Assembly (NCBI GenBank): GCA_958296135.2
Contig: CATQHZ020000001.1
Span: 1,088,001-1,152,000 of the forward strand
Source of the DNA: an uncultured Poribacteria bacterium
Lineage (GTDB): Bacteria > Poribacteria > WGA-4E > WGA-3G
Reading direction: 5' to 3'
DNA: 64,000 nt
Shown here: positions 41,301-50,039 of the stretch, in pieces
How the letters are laid out: each line of letters opens with the position of its first letter
How positions within the stretch are numbered: position 1 is the first letter of the stretch
Notes under the pieces: model-generated
Database searches by the model: none
Seen by the model: only the letters and a program-made list of their open reading frames with translations
What the model was told of the DNA's origin: nothing
Translations under genes and position numbers: made by a program

Positions 41301-41475
41301 CGCTCCCTAGAACTTATGATAATCTGGACAAATCTATCCTAATCTGACCTGTCCTCTTATCTGTCGTAGTTGCTGTTTCAACGCGTCGTGCCTCCGAGAC
41401 ACACGAGGTGTGCCTACTATGAGGGCTTATAGTCGCTCCGCAGCCGTTTTACCTCTCCGTCAAGCTCGCGGCGAG
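41280..41475 (-). ncRNA. Predicted TnpB omegaRNA (scaffold ~41475-41300, guide ~41299-41280)
   Basis: omegaRNA derives from the tnpB 3' end and right end (established); local hairpins present; exact limits inferred. Confidence 0.5.
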
Positions 41476-42549
41476 GGTTCTTAAATTATGCGCGGCATTC
41501 AAGTCGCGGTCGATACCCACGCCACATGCCTCGCAGTGATATGTCCGCTCCGAGAGGGACAACTTCGTCTTCTTCTTCCCGCAAGCACTGCACGTCTTCG
41601 ATGACGGGAAGTTCACCGGTGCTTCGATAATCTCAACGCCGTGTGCCGCTGCTTTATACCGAAGCATCGTCAGGAAACCACTTAATGACGCATCGCTCAA
41701 CGCCTTTGCAAGACGGCGGTTTTTCAACAAGCCTGCCACGCGTAGACGCTCGATGCCGAGAACGTCAGCCGACTTTACAATCGCCGTGCTTGCCTTGTGA
41801 TGGGCATCCTCACGGAGACAGCAGATACGATAGTGAATCTTCTGAACGCGCACCTGCTTCCGATACCAATTCCTGCTTCGGTAAACCGAACGAGAGAGCT
41901 GACGCTGCGCACGCCGCAACTTCCGTAGATAGCGGTAGAGTGCCTTTGGGTTTTCAAACTCAACACCATCGGATGTCACGGCTAGGGTTTTGATACCTAC
42001 ATCAACACCAACTACCCGCATAGGACCCGCCTCAGAACGCACACGTGGCGCGCTGTCGGAAACCACCTTCACGAGAACCGATAGAAACCACCTGCCTGCA
42101 CGTTTTGAGACGACACACCGCCGAATCTCGCCACGCCACCGTAACTTCTCGCGCAGGCGAACCCAGCCAATCTTCGGTAGTTTGACACGTTTCTTATCAA
42201 TTCTCACACGTTCATTCGGTTGGTAGGAAGTCCTACTCGCTCGGGTGTGATAACGTGGGAATCGATTTTGACCGCGCCGCCACCGTTTGACTGCGTCATC
42301 AATGTGCATCACAGCGTTCTTTGCTGCACGTTGGTCGAGTTCCTTACACCACGGATATGTCTCGTGTTTCACGGCGTTGAATCGAACGTTCAACGTGTAA
42401 CCACTGCGCCACTCGTTTTCGGCGAGTCCCGCCTTGAAATCTGAGAGTGCATGGTTACGCGCCACGCGTGCATAACCACAATGTCGTGCAAGCAGCGTCG
42501 CCTGCTTATTATTCGGGTCCAACGCCATTAAATGCGTTTTCAATGTCAT
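41449..42549 (-). CDS. tnpB: RNA-guided endonuclease TnpB
   Basis: LDPNNKQ HTH, RuvC GVDVG / IERL / DRDLNAA, zinc finger CSAC...CEAC. Confidence 0.95.
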   Translation of the reverse strand: MTLKTHLMALDPNNKQATLLARHCGYARVARNHALSDFKAGLAENEWRSGYTLNVRFNAVKHETYPWCKELDQRAAKNAVMHIDDAVKRWRRGQNRFPRYHTRASRTSYQPNERVRIDKKRVKLPKIGWVRLREKLRWRGEIRRCVVSKRAGRWFLSVLVKVVSDSAPRVRSEAGPMRVVGVDVGIKTLAVTSDGVEFENPKALYRYLRKLRRAQRQLSRSVYRSRNWYRKQVRVQKIHYRICCLREDAHHKASTAIVKSADVLGIERLRVAGLLKNRRLAKALSDASLSGFLTMLRYKAAAHGVEIIEAPVNFPSSKTCSACGKKKTKLSLSERTYHCEACGVGIDRDLNAAHNLRTLAASLTER

Positions 42550-42658
42550 AGAGCGTCACCGTTCGCCGTTGTTTTTCCTTCCTACTAAGGTAAGGTGGAG
42601 GTGAGAGACACGGCGGGCAGCCGCGCTTAGTAGGTCTCACCTCCCAACGGTAACTATA

Positions 42659-42687
42659 TTCTACCACAAAATCAAGCAGAACGCAAG
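42659..42687 (-). promoter_or_regulatory. Sigma70-like promoter upstream of tnpB
   Basis: TTGCGT-N17-TAGAAT with extended TG on the minus strand. Confidence 0.5.
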
Positions 42688-42730
42688 TCAAAATGCACAT
42701 CGATAGATTCGGGTAGGTTCTGCTAGATTC

Positions 42731-43819
42731 TCATAGAGTTCTCGCCACTGCACCGATGCCCTGTTGCGCTACAAAAATGCGGTAGATTTCCTCAAACAAG
42801 CGCACATCTGTCAGCGTATCTTCGGCGGAGGAGCGGAACGGTTCATCGCTGCGGACATTCGCCACAAAGTATTCCGCCTCCCGGCGGTATGCCCACGTCC
42901 ACGCGGGGCGCGGAATAGGACGCGTGAGCTCCTGCTCTTCACCGGCGCGGTAAATTTCCACTTCGGCAGGTGTATTCTTCAACAACAGCGGCGGTGCCCA
43001 GGTGTGAACCCACCCGTTTTCAAAGTAGATTTGGCTATGCTCGTCCCACCGATAATGTGAGACATGCCCGGTCTCCAGCGTTACCCGAATGCCGCCCATA
43101 TTAAAGAGGACAACGCCGGCATACCCGTTTGCATCCAGATCGACGGCGGTAATGCTGACATCGTCGCCTGCATCGAGCAACCAGCGCATGAGGTTGATGT
43201 TGTGCGTGTACTGCTGGAGGTATCCCAAATAGGGGCGGCGATATTGCTCAGGCAGCCACTCCGGGGTGATGATAGGCGCGCTCGGCTTCGGTTCTTCCGT
43301 GCTGTCCATCTGTGTATCCAGATTGCACACCCAATCGCCGCCAAATCCGTGATTTCGGGCATAAGTCAACCTGCCGAGTTCACCGGATTCTCGGAATTGG
43401 GTGACTTTCTCCTTGACAATCTCGTTGCCGGCATCGTACCGTTTCATGTAGCCTACCATCAGTTTTTTGCCGGCTGTGCGCGAGGCATCGACGATGGCTT
43501 CCGCTTGCGCGAGGGAGACAGCCATCGGTTTCTCCATGAAGACGTGCTTGCCGGCGAGCAGCAGGTCCTTCGCGATTTCGCCTTGGAGCGCGAAGTCTGC
43601 GGATACGGCGACGGCTTCAATGTCCGCGTCTTGAGCGAGTTCGTGATGGTGTGCGTAAAGCCGTGGGATGCCGAACCTTTTTTGAACTTTCGCGCCGAGT
43701 TCGGTGCGCACCTCGGCGAGCGCGAGGAGTTCGCAGTCTGGGGTGCCGGTAAAGTTTGGGATGTGAACCTTTTGCGCCATGAATCCACATCCAATGTAAC
43801 CGAGTCGGATTTTTTCCAT
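42731..43819 (-). CDS. Gfo/Idh/MocA family oxidoreductase
   Basis: MEKIRLGYIGCG, HVFMEKP, VGYMKRYD; GAGG RBS. Confidence 0.9.
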   Translation of the reverse strand: MEKIRLGYIGCGFMAQKVHIPNFTGTPDCELLALAEVRTELGAKVQKRFGIPRLYAHHHELAQDADIEAVAVSADFALQGEIAKDLLLAGKHVFMEKPMAVSLAQAEAIVDASRTAGKKLMVGYMKRYDAGNEIVKEKVTQFRESGELGRLTYARNHGFGGDWVCNLDTQMDSTEEPKPSAPIITPEWLPEQYRRPYLGYLQQYTHNINLMRWLLDAGDDVSITAVDLDANGYAGVVLFNMGGIRVTLETGHVSHYRWDEHSQIYFENGWVHTWAPPLLLKNTPAEVEIYRAGEEQELTRPIPRPAWTWAYRREAEYFVANVRSDEPFRSSAEDTLTDVRLFEEIYRIFVAQQGIGAVARTL

Positions 43820-43840
43820 TCCAATTTCCTCAAAATCGAG

Positions 43841-44070
43841 TTTCCATTCCCTTGCGACGGGAAAGCGCAGTTCAAATCGAGACCGGGAGGTCTCTCCTAC
43901 AGGCGGATCCCATCGCGGGGTTTCCATTGCCTTGCGACGGGAAAGCGCAGTTCAAATTGAGACCGGGAGGTCTCTCCTACAGGCGGATCCCATCGCGAGG
44001 TTTCCATTGCCTTGCAACGGGCAAGCGCAGCTCGAATCGAGACCGGGAGGTCTCTCCTACAGGCGGATCC
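43841..44070. repeat. Three tandem 80-bp REP-containing units
   Basis: TTTCCATT(C/G)CCTTGCGACGGGAAAGCGCAG...GAGACCGGGAGGTCTCTCCTACAGGCGGATCCC at 43841, 43921, 44001. Confidence 0.92.
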
Positions 44071-44087
44071 CTCGGGTCTTTAGTTTA

Positions 44088-44116
44088 ATTATAGCACAAC
44101 TCAACTGAAATGTCAA
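44088..44116 (-). promoter_or_regulatory. Consensus sigma70 promoter for the Gfo/Idh/MocA gene
   Basis: TTGACA-N17-TATAAT with extended TG. Confidence 0.75.
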
Positions 44117-44261
44117 AGTTTTTGAACTTTGCATGAAAATTGCCCCAACGGCGGATACTCCGAGATTTTTAGGGAAAATTGGCAGATGTTGGCGTGTCTC
44201 CCCCAAAATGGCCGCTTTACTGGGCTATGCGCGAGTGAGGAACGGTTGGTATGCTGGTTCC

Positions 44262-44810
44262 TTAAAATTGTTTGTGCCGCGATTCAATTTGCTCCACCGC
44301 GCTTTTCGCGCCTTCGCGGACTAGCGCGGACAGGTCGCGTTGCGCGATGTGTCTCAGTTTGTCAAGTCCTGCGGCAGCTTGTCGGGCAATCTGTCCATCG
44401 GCCCCGTTTACTTCAATTTTGCCGAGGGCTACCGCGACGAAGTAACGGACGTCCGCGTCCTCATCGTCTAGTGCTTCGAGCAGTGCCTCAATATCCGTGG
44501 GGGTGGCCAGGTCGCGTTCTTCGTTGCCGATGTTAATCAAGGATTGCGCTGCGATGCGCCGCGAGTGGATGTCGCCGTAGCGCAGCGAGGCGAGTAGCCC
44601 GTCATTGGCCGCTGCGGGGATAACGGTGAGATTGTCCCAATCGCAATCAAGGCAGAACCATGAATCTTCGGCTAGATGCTGGACGTTTAGACTGCCGCAA
44701 TAGGGACATTCGTCAAACGCCGTTTCCCCGGTGAGCGGGATTTGTAACCCCGCGTCCATTTTCTGACTCATGAGGTTTCGTCTTCCTCCAGTTCCGGTAA
44801 ATCGCGCCAT
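44262..44810 (-). CDS. Zinc-ribbon plus HEAT-repeat protein
   Basis: CPYCGS...CLDCDW; ALLEALDDEDADVRYFVAVALG; true start probably ~44771. Confidence 0.75.
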   Translation of the reverse strand: MARFTGTGGRRNLMSQKMDAGLQIPLTGETAFDECPYCGSLNVQHLAEDSWFCLDCDWDNLTVIPAAANDGLLASLRYGDIHSRRIAAQSLINIGNEERDLATPTDIEALLEALDDEDADVRYFVAVALGKIEVNGADGQIARQAAAGLDKLRHIAQRDLSALVREGAKSAVEQIESRHKQF

Positions 44811-45142
44811 ATTTCAGGGCCTTCCGGTTTGAAATTGATGGTGGCGATAAACTGCATGCCGTGATAGAAGTTAATCTTGAACTTCCCGCCGCCGAAATGT
44901 TGCTTGAGGTAGTCCAAGGGGGTTTCAATCAACGGCCCCATTTCATCTGCGTAGTAAAAAGCGAGTCGTTTGAATCGCACCGTGTTACCGATGGGTTCCT
45001 GCACGAGGAGTCGCGCGGATGTTGCTGGAAACAGCACTTTAAACGCGTTCCACAGGTCATCCATCGTTGGGTTCGGATTGCCAACCCGCTTTTTGAAGTC
45101 GTTTACTAGGTATTCCGAGAACGTGTTAAATACCCATTCCAT
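44768..45142 (-). CDS. Hypothetical protein
   Basis: AAGGAG RBS, 124 aa, globular composition. Confidence 0.75.
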   Translation of the reverse strand: MEWVFNTFSEYLVNDFKKRVGNPNPTMDDLWNAFKVLFPATSARLLVQEPIGNTVRFKRLAFYYADEMGPLIETPLDYLKQHFGGGKFKINFYHGMQFIATINFKPEGPEIWRDLPELEEDETS

Positions 45143-45155
45143 AAAAAATCTCCTT

Positions 45156-45700
45156 CGTGGCCGCCCGGCATCGCGGGGGACAGGCCCCCGCGCTACGGTA
45201 GGAGAGACGGCTCTACATCGGTGGTCAGGCTTCCGCGCTGCGGTAGTCGTGGCCGCCCGGCATCGCGGGGGCCAGGCCCCCGCGCTACGGTAGGAGAGAC
45301 GGCTCTACATCGGTGGTCAGGCTTCCGCGCTGCGGTAGTCGTGGCCGCTCGGCATCGCGGGGGCCAGGCCCCCGCGCTACGGTAGGAGAGACGGCTCTAC
45401 ATCGGTGGTCAGGCTTCCGCGCTGCGGGAGTCGTGGCCGCTCGGCATCGCGGGGGCCAGGCCCCCGCGCTACGGTAGGAGAGACGGCTCTACATCGGTGG
45501 TCAGGCTTCCGCGCTGTGGGAGTCGTGGCCGCTCGGCATCGCGGGGGCCAGGCCCCCGCGCTACGGTAGGAGAGACGGCTCTACATCGGTGGTCAGGCTT
45601 CTGCGCTGCGGGAGTCGTGGCTGCTCGGCATCGCGGGGGACAGGCCCCCGCGCTACGGTAGGAGAGGGAGCCTCACGTCGGAAGACAGGCTTCCGCGATG
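45156..45700. repeat. Tandem array of about six 92-bp REP-containing units
   Basis: Units start at 45156, 45248, 45340, 45432, 45524, 45616; core CGCGGGGG(A/C)CAGGCCCCCGCGCTAC. Confidence 0.95.
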
Positions 45701-45796
45701 CGGGAGGAGAGCGGTGCCGACCGGTTACAGTGGTGCCTTCAAGAAGTCCTTCCAGTCAAAATGAGGCAGAGGGAACTCCTCCGTGGCTTTGCATTG

Positions 45797-46294
45797 TCAG
45801 AACGTGGCGGCTTTCTCGAAGAATTCGATATCGACGCGTTCGATTTGCGCGGCGCGCGCGTTTTCGGCGACACGCTGGACAACCATCTCGCGCACGAACG
45901 GGATCGGGATGCGCTTCACGCGATGCACCACTTCCTCCGTGCAAGGCACCGTGGTGTTTCCGAGGAAGGGGCCATCCTGCGCGGCGGCTTCTGCGAGATG
46001 CTCGCACGTTTCCGGCACCAATTGTTGCAAACGCATTGAGACGTAATTGGTTACCCACTGCTTTAACGCTTCCGCTTGTGCGGCATCCGTGCCATTATCG
46101 GTAGGAGATGCGTGCAGGGCTTGAGGCCCTGGGGCAGTAGGAGCAACCTCCTGTTCCCGATTCTCCTGTGCGTCACCTGATAAGCGCGCGTTTCTATCTA
46201 ACTTCTGGTTGATACTGACGAGGAGGCTTTCCACGTTGGTCAGCCGTTCTTCCACATCTGTCAGCCGTTCTTGCAGGTGAATTTGTTCGCTCAT
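45797..46294 (-). CDS. Coiled-coil protein with C-terminal PCP_red-like domain
   Basis: CTEEVVHRVKRIPIPFVREMVVQRVAENAR...ID; AGGAGG RBS. Confidence 0.7.
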   Translation of the reverse strand: MSEQIHLQERLTDVEERLTNVESLLVSINQKLDRNARLSGDAQENREQEVAPTAPGPQALHASPTDNGTDAAQAEALKQWVTNYVSMRLQQLVPETCEHLAEAAAQDGPFLGNTTVPCTEEVVHRVKRIPIPFVREMVVQRVAENARAAQIERVDIEFFEKAATF

Positions 46295-46339
46295 ATTTCC
46301 TCCTATGGCCATTGCACTCCGCTGTAGTGCTTCATCCTG

Positions 46340-47059
46340 TTAAATCGCCCAGTATTTCCAGAGTTCTTCTGGAATCTCGTATTTAATCGCCTCTCGGCGT
46401 TTGTGGGAGTAGCGCGCGAACACGCCGAAACGTGGGATATCCCTCATATTCGCTGAGCCTGTGTGACACAGAAACGCGTGCCACAGCACAACATCTCCCG
46501 CGGCGGCGGTGAATTCCCGCGGGCTTTCCGGCGATAAATCCGAGAGCCTGTTCCAATCCCATCCTTCAACCTTCCTGAAGCTGCCATCGATTTGCTCAGG
46601 ATACTGAAGGAAGTATTGATGCGTTGTGTGGTGACTTCCGGGCCAATAGACGAAGGCTCCGCCGCTGGGTTGCACATCGTAGAGGTACGTCGTCGCGCCG
46701 AGCATGAAAGGGCTCCAGCCGCTGGCGCCGTAGGCATCAATGTGTCCAATCGCTGGCATTGCCCATTTTTCGTTTGGGTTGGGCCATTTCACGAGAGGTG
46801 AGCCGCCGCCGCCCGTGAACGCGCCCCCGCCGAGTTGTTCGGTTATCGCCTGCATCGCAGGCAGCTGCCCGAAGAGCGGTGAGAAACTGAAGTTCTGCAC
46901 CACGTAGCCGTTGGGCCATGTCTCTGGCGTATCTAAACTGGAATTGAGATGCTCCCAGACCTGGGCGCGCCATCCGTCAATTACATCCGAATTGATGAGA
47001 TTTTCAAGGATAATGTATCCATTTTCCTGAAAAAATGTGACTTGTGCTGGTGTTAGCAT
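46340..47059 (-). CDS. Phytanoyl-CoA dioxygenase (PhyH) family 2OG-Fe(II) oxygenase
   Basis: MLTPAQVTFFQENGY, HID, WPGSH, AGDVVLWH...H. Confidence 0.88.
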   Translation of the reverse strand: MLTPAQVTFFQENGYIILENLINSDVIDGWRAQVWEHLNSSLDTPETWPNGYVVQNFSFSPLFGQLPAMQAITEQLGGGAFTGGGGSPLVKWPNPNEKWAMPAIGHIDAYGASGWSPFMLGATTYLYDVQPSGGAFVYWPGSHHTTHQYFLQYPEQIDGSFRKVEGWDWNRLSDLSPESPREFTAAAGDVVLWHAFLCHTGSANMRDIPRFGVFARYSHKRREAIKYEIPEELWKYWAI

Positions 47060-47120
47060 GCGATTTTCCTTGTCAGCATAAGTGCCGTCGAACGACGCGT
47101 TGCGAGATACAAAAAACGCG

Positions 47121-48428
47121 TTAACGCCGCGGCGTGAAAGATGGAATTCCTGTCTTGTCAAACCGCTTTTTGACCGCTTTCATTAACTCCGGTGTGATTT
47201 CCCGATGTCCGTGTTCGTGCGCGTATTTTTCAACGCTCTTGATAACCATCCCCCGTGCGAAAGAGGGGACGCGCTTTAACCGCTTCTGTGCTGCATCATT
47301 CCACTGCAAATCGTAGGCTGGTTCTGTCGCGAACGCGGTTGTTTTTGCGAATTGAACGGCCTGACGTTGTTGCCCCGGTTGATATTCGCACGATGCGTCA
47401 GCGGCGAGGTAATTGCCGGTGTCGGCGTAGGCGCGCGCGCGGCATCCGCCGCAGACTTCTCGGAATTCACATGCGCCGCACTTCCCTTCGAGCCGGTCGC
47501 GGTTTCGCAAATTCTGGAAGGGTTCGGATTCATTCCAGAGTTTGACGAAACTTTCGTCCTTCAGGTTACCGACGCTCACGGGCAGATAAGGGCACGGAGT
47601 CAACTCTCCTTCCGGTGAGATGCGGCAGTAGTAAATACCACACGGACAGGTGCCGCTTGGGTAGCCCTGCAAGAAGGCGGAATCGGATTGCTGTTCGTAG
47701 ATGACGCGCTTATAGTGCGGTGCGCACTTCGCCGCGATGAGCATCTTCCCACTGTAGTCGGCTTGCAGCTGGAACATCGTCTCCAGCATCTTCTCATATT
47801 GCGCCGCGGTCAGATCCATCACCGTCTTCCCTCTTCCTGTCCGCACGAGAAAGTAGAGGTTCAGCACCTTCGCGCCGAGTTGGTAGGCGAATGCCACAAT
47901 CTGTGGGATTTCATCGTAATTCCACTGCGTTACCGAGGTCTGGACGAGGAAGTCAAGTTTAGCGCGTTTGAGTGCCTCAACGCCGTTCATCGTCGCTTTC
48001 CATGCGCCTTCCATGCCACGAAACCTGTCGTGGTTGGCGGGTTGGATAGAATCGATGCTGAGCCCTGCGCCGGTTACGCCGTGCCGTTGCATCTGCTCAA
48101 CGACTTCGTGGTTCAGTAGCACGCCGTTTGTGCCCATCACGACGAGGAATCCCGTGTCGGCGGCGTATTTGGAAATCTGCAAAATATCGGGACGTAACAA
48201 CGGTTCGCCGCCGGTGAGGATGAGCAGAATGTTTGGATTTATCTCGGCAATCTCGTCAATGATACGGAAGCATTCCGATTGGCTGAGTTCTGCGTCGCGG
48301 TAATAGCCGTGCGGGAATTCGTCTGTATCAACGAATCCTGCTGGCAGGTAGCAGTGCGTGCATTTCAGATTGCATAACCGCGTGATATTCCACGAGACTG
48401 CCTGAACTTTTGTTTTTTGGTTTTCCAT
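47121..48428 (-). CDS. Radical SAM/SPASM protein (NirJ/AhbC-D-like) fused to a C-terminal PCP_red domain
   Basis: WNITRLCNLKCTHCY, TGGEPLLR, CAPHY, GKCGACEFREVCGGCRARAY, WNDAAQKRLKRVPSFARGM. Confidence 0.88.
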   Translation of the reverse strand: MENQKTKVQAVSWNITRLCNLKCTHCYLPAGFVDTDEFPHGYYRDAELSQSECFRIIDEIAEINPNILLILTGGEPLLRPDILQISKYAADTGFLVVMGTNGVLLNHEVVEQMQRHGVTGAGLSIDSIQPANHDRFRGMEGAWKATMNGVEALKRAKLDFLVQTSVTQWNYDEIPQIVAFAYQLGAKVLNLYFLVRTGRGKTVMDLTAAQYEKMLETMFQLQADYSGKMLIAAKCAPHYKRVIYEQQSDSAFLQGYPSGTCPCGIYYCRISPEGELTPCPYLPVSVGNLKDESFVKLWNESEPFQNLRNRDRLEGKCGACEFREVCGGCRARAYADTGNYLAADASCEYQPGQQRQAVQFAKTTAFATEPAYDLQWNDAAQKRLKRVPSFARGMVIKSVEKYAHEHGHREITPELMKAVKKRFDKTGIPSFTPRR

Positions 48429-48505
48429 TTCGTTTTTTAGTCGTCCGTGCGTGTCTGACAGATTGTAAGGACAGATTTCTATATCTGTCCGCTGCAAGCA
48501 AGGGG

Positions 48506-48958
48506 TTAGATTTTTAGTCGCATCGCGATGCCGAAAACAGCTAAGCCTGCGATGAGCGTCAAAACGCCGAAGAGATTGACAGTTGGGCTCGGGTTGCGCT
48601 GTGCGTTTTCTTGTTCAAGGTGCCGCCGATACAGCGAGCTGTGTAGCCCCCAAAACAGTGCCATGAATCCGAACGCTGCGAGTTTCACAACAAAGTTTAC
48701 CATATATCCGACATTGAATGCCATATCATTATTCCATGCGACGATAAAAAACACCATCGCGCCTGTTGTGAGGAGAATGTGAATCATGAGACGGATCCAA
48801 CGTCGGAGGCGGTTATGGATTTCCAGCGGCGCGTTGCTTGGCAAATGTCGCTGCACAATCGGCATGGCGATGAAGGTAGAGAAGACGACTCCGCCGAACC
48901 AGACTATCGCTGCGATGAGGTGTATGCATCGGATGCAAAGTTCTACGATTGTTCGCAT
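48506..48958 (-). CDS. Four-TM CopD/DUF4149-like membrane protein
   Basis: IHLIAAIVWFGG, LLTTG, VKL; four hydrophobic helices. Confidence 0.7.
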   Translation of the reverse strand: MRTIVELCIRCIHLIAAIVWFGGVVFSTFIAMPIVQRHLPSNAPLEIHNRLRRWIRLMIHILLTTGAMVFFIVAWNNDMAFNVGYMVNFVVKLAAFGFMALFWGLHSSLYRRHLEQENAQRNPSPTVNLFGVLTLIAGLAVFGIAMRLKI

Positions 48959-49011
48959 TTTTGTGTTGAAGTTTCGTTAACCTGGAGCTCATCCTATTTG
49001 GCGTGAGAGTG

Positions 49012-49896
49012 TCAACCGTGCGTTCCGCGCCCATTTGGATTTCCTGTAACGAGTGGGCAGATCCCTTCAAATTCAAGGCGCGTTGCGGGGCGAATGGAAA
49101 AATATTGGTGCCGCTGTCCCTTGAAGCGGGCTTTTAACGCCGGTCCTTTCTGGAAGGTTTGGTAGCGGGGGTGTGGATAGCCGCCGTTTAAGTTGAGGGG
49201 TATATCCTCTGATTCCCGCAGCTCTAAATCCAATTGAAGGATTTCTTCGACGGTGTAGGACAGTTTCAGGTAAAGCACGGCTACCAAGCGGGCAAACTTT
49301 TGAAACTGCACAGGCGTTTCGCGAAACGCTTGATAGAGTTGCGGTAGCGGCGATTCGTGGATTTCTAGGCCATTTTCGTGTTCTAATGAGGGGCCGTTAC
49401 GCACCCGATATTCAAATAGCCACGGACTCGCAACACCGAGTTTTTCATCGAGAAGGATTCGCTTTGCTCGCAGTTCGGCTATCTGATCTCCTGTAAAATC
49501 ACCGAACCTCTTCTCATGATGCAGGCCCTGCTCCTGACTCTTTTCCAGAACCACCTCCCAACCAGACGAAGTTTCAGTAACCGTTTGCGGCGCAACCCAC
49601 GCGGCGTAGTCGCGGTGCGCAAAAGCGAAGTCTCCACCGCCTCCCGTTTTTAGCGAATGCAAAAATTCGGTTTCTTCGGGTGATTCTGGCAGCAGTTTGA
49701 GAGAAATTTCGGATGAATTCACGCGCGCCTCTTGCACCCGAACAAAATACTGGATCCGGTTTGTCGGGCGTAGAAGCACAAATTCGCAGGGCTCGCTCTC
49801 CGGGGGGACTGCCTCAGTGAAATCACTGCTACTCGGCTGAGGGATGACCTTTCGGTACCTTTCCATGAGAGTGAGTTCATAAACGTGTTGTGGCAT
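49012..49896 (-). CDS. Hypothetical protein
   Basis: 294-aa ORF, no motif confidently recognised. Confidence 0.65.
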   Translation of the reverse strand: MPQHVYELTLMERYRKVIPQPSSSDFTEAVPPESEPCEFVLLRPTNRIQYFVRVQEARVNSSEISLKLLPESPEETEFLHSLKTGGGGDFAFAHRDYAAWVAPQTVTETSSGWEVVLEKSQEQGLHHEKRFGDFTGDQIAELRAKRILLDEKLGVASPWLFEYRVRNGPSLEHENGLEIHESPLPQLYQAFRETPVQFQKFARLVAVLYLKLSYTVEEILQLDLELRESEDIPLNLNGGYPHPRYQTFQKGPALKARFKGQRHQYFSIRPATRLEFEGICPLVTGNPNGRGTHG

Positions 49897-50039
49897 TTTT
49901 AGCGTTCAAGCAGATGTGCATTAATTAACGGCATCCGCGCCGCTTGACCTGGTTCTCCACGTTTTTAATGCTAACAGATTCCGCGGAAAATGTCAAATTA
50001 ATTTCACGCGAAAAGAGACAAGTTTTCCATTTTGTCTTC

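Larger units (their letters stand above)
41300..42700 (-). mobile_element. Non-autonomous IS607/IS200-IS605 superfamily element (tnpB only); boundaries approximate
   Basis: tnpB without tnpA; 3' flank ends ...AAGTTCTAGGGAGCGG, resembling IS607-type right ends; left end not defined. Confidence 0.65.

Noticed and set aside
42550-42730. IStron group I intron or tnpA upstream of tnpB
   Set aside because: Only ~180 bp are available, too short for either, and no core motifs were seen.
45156-45700. Possible CRISPR array
   Set aside because: The whole 92-bp units repeat, with no unique spacers and no cas genes; it is a REP tandem array.
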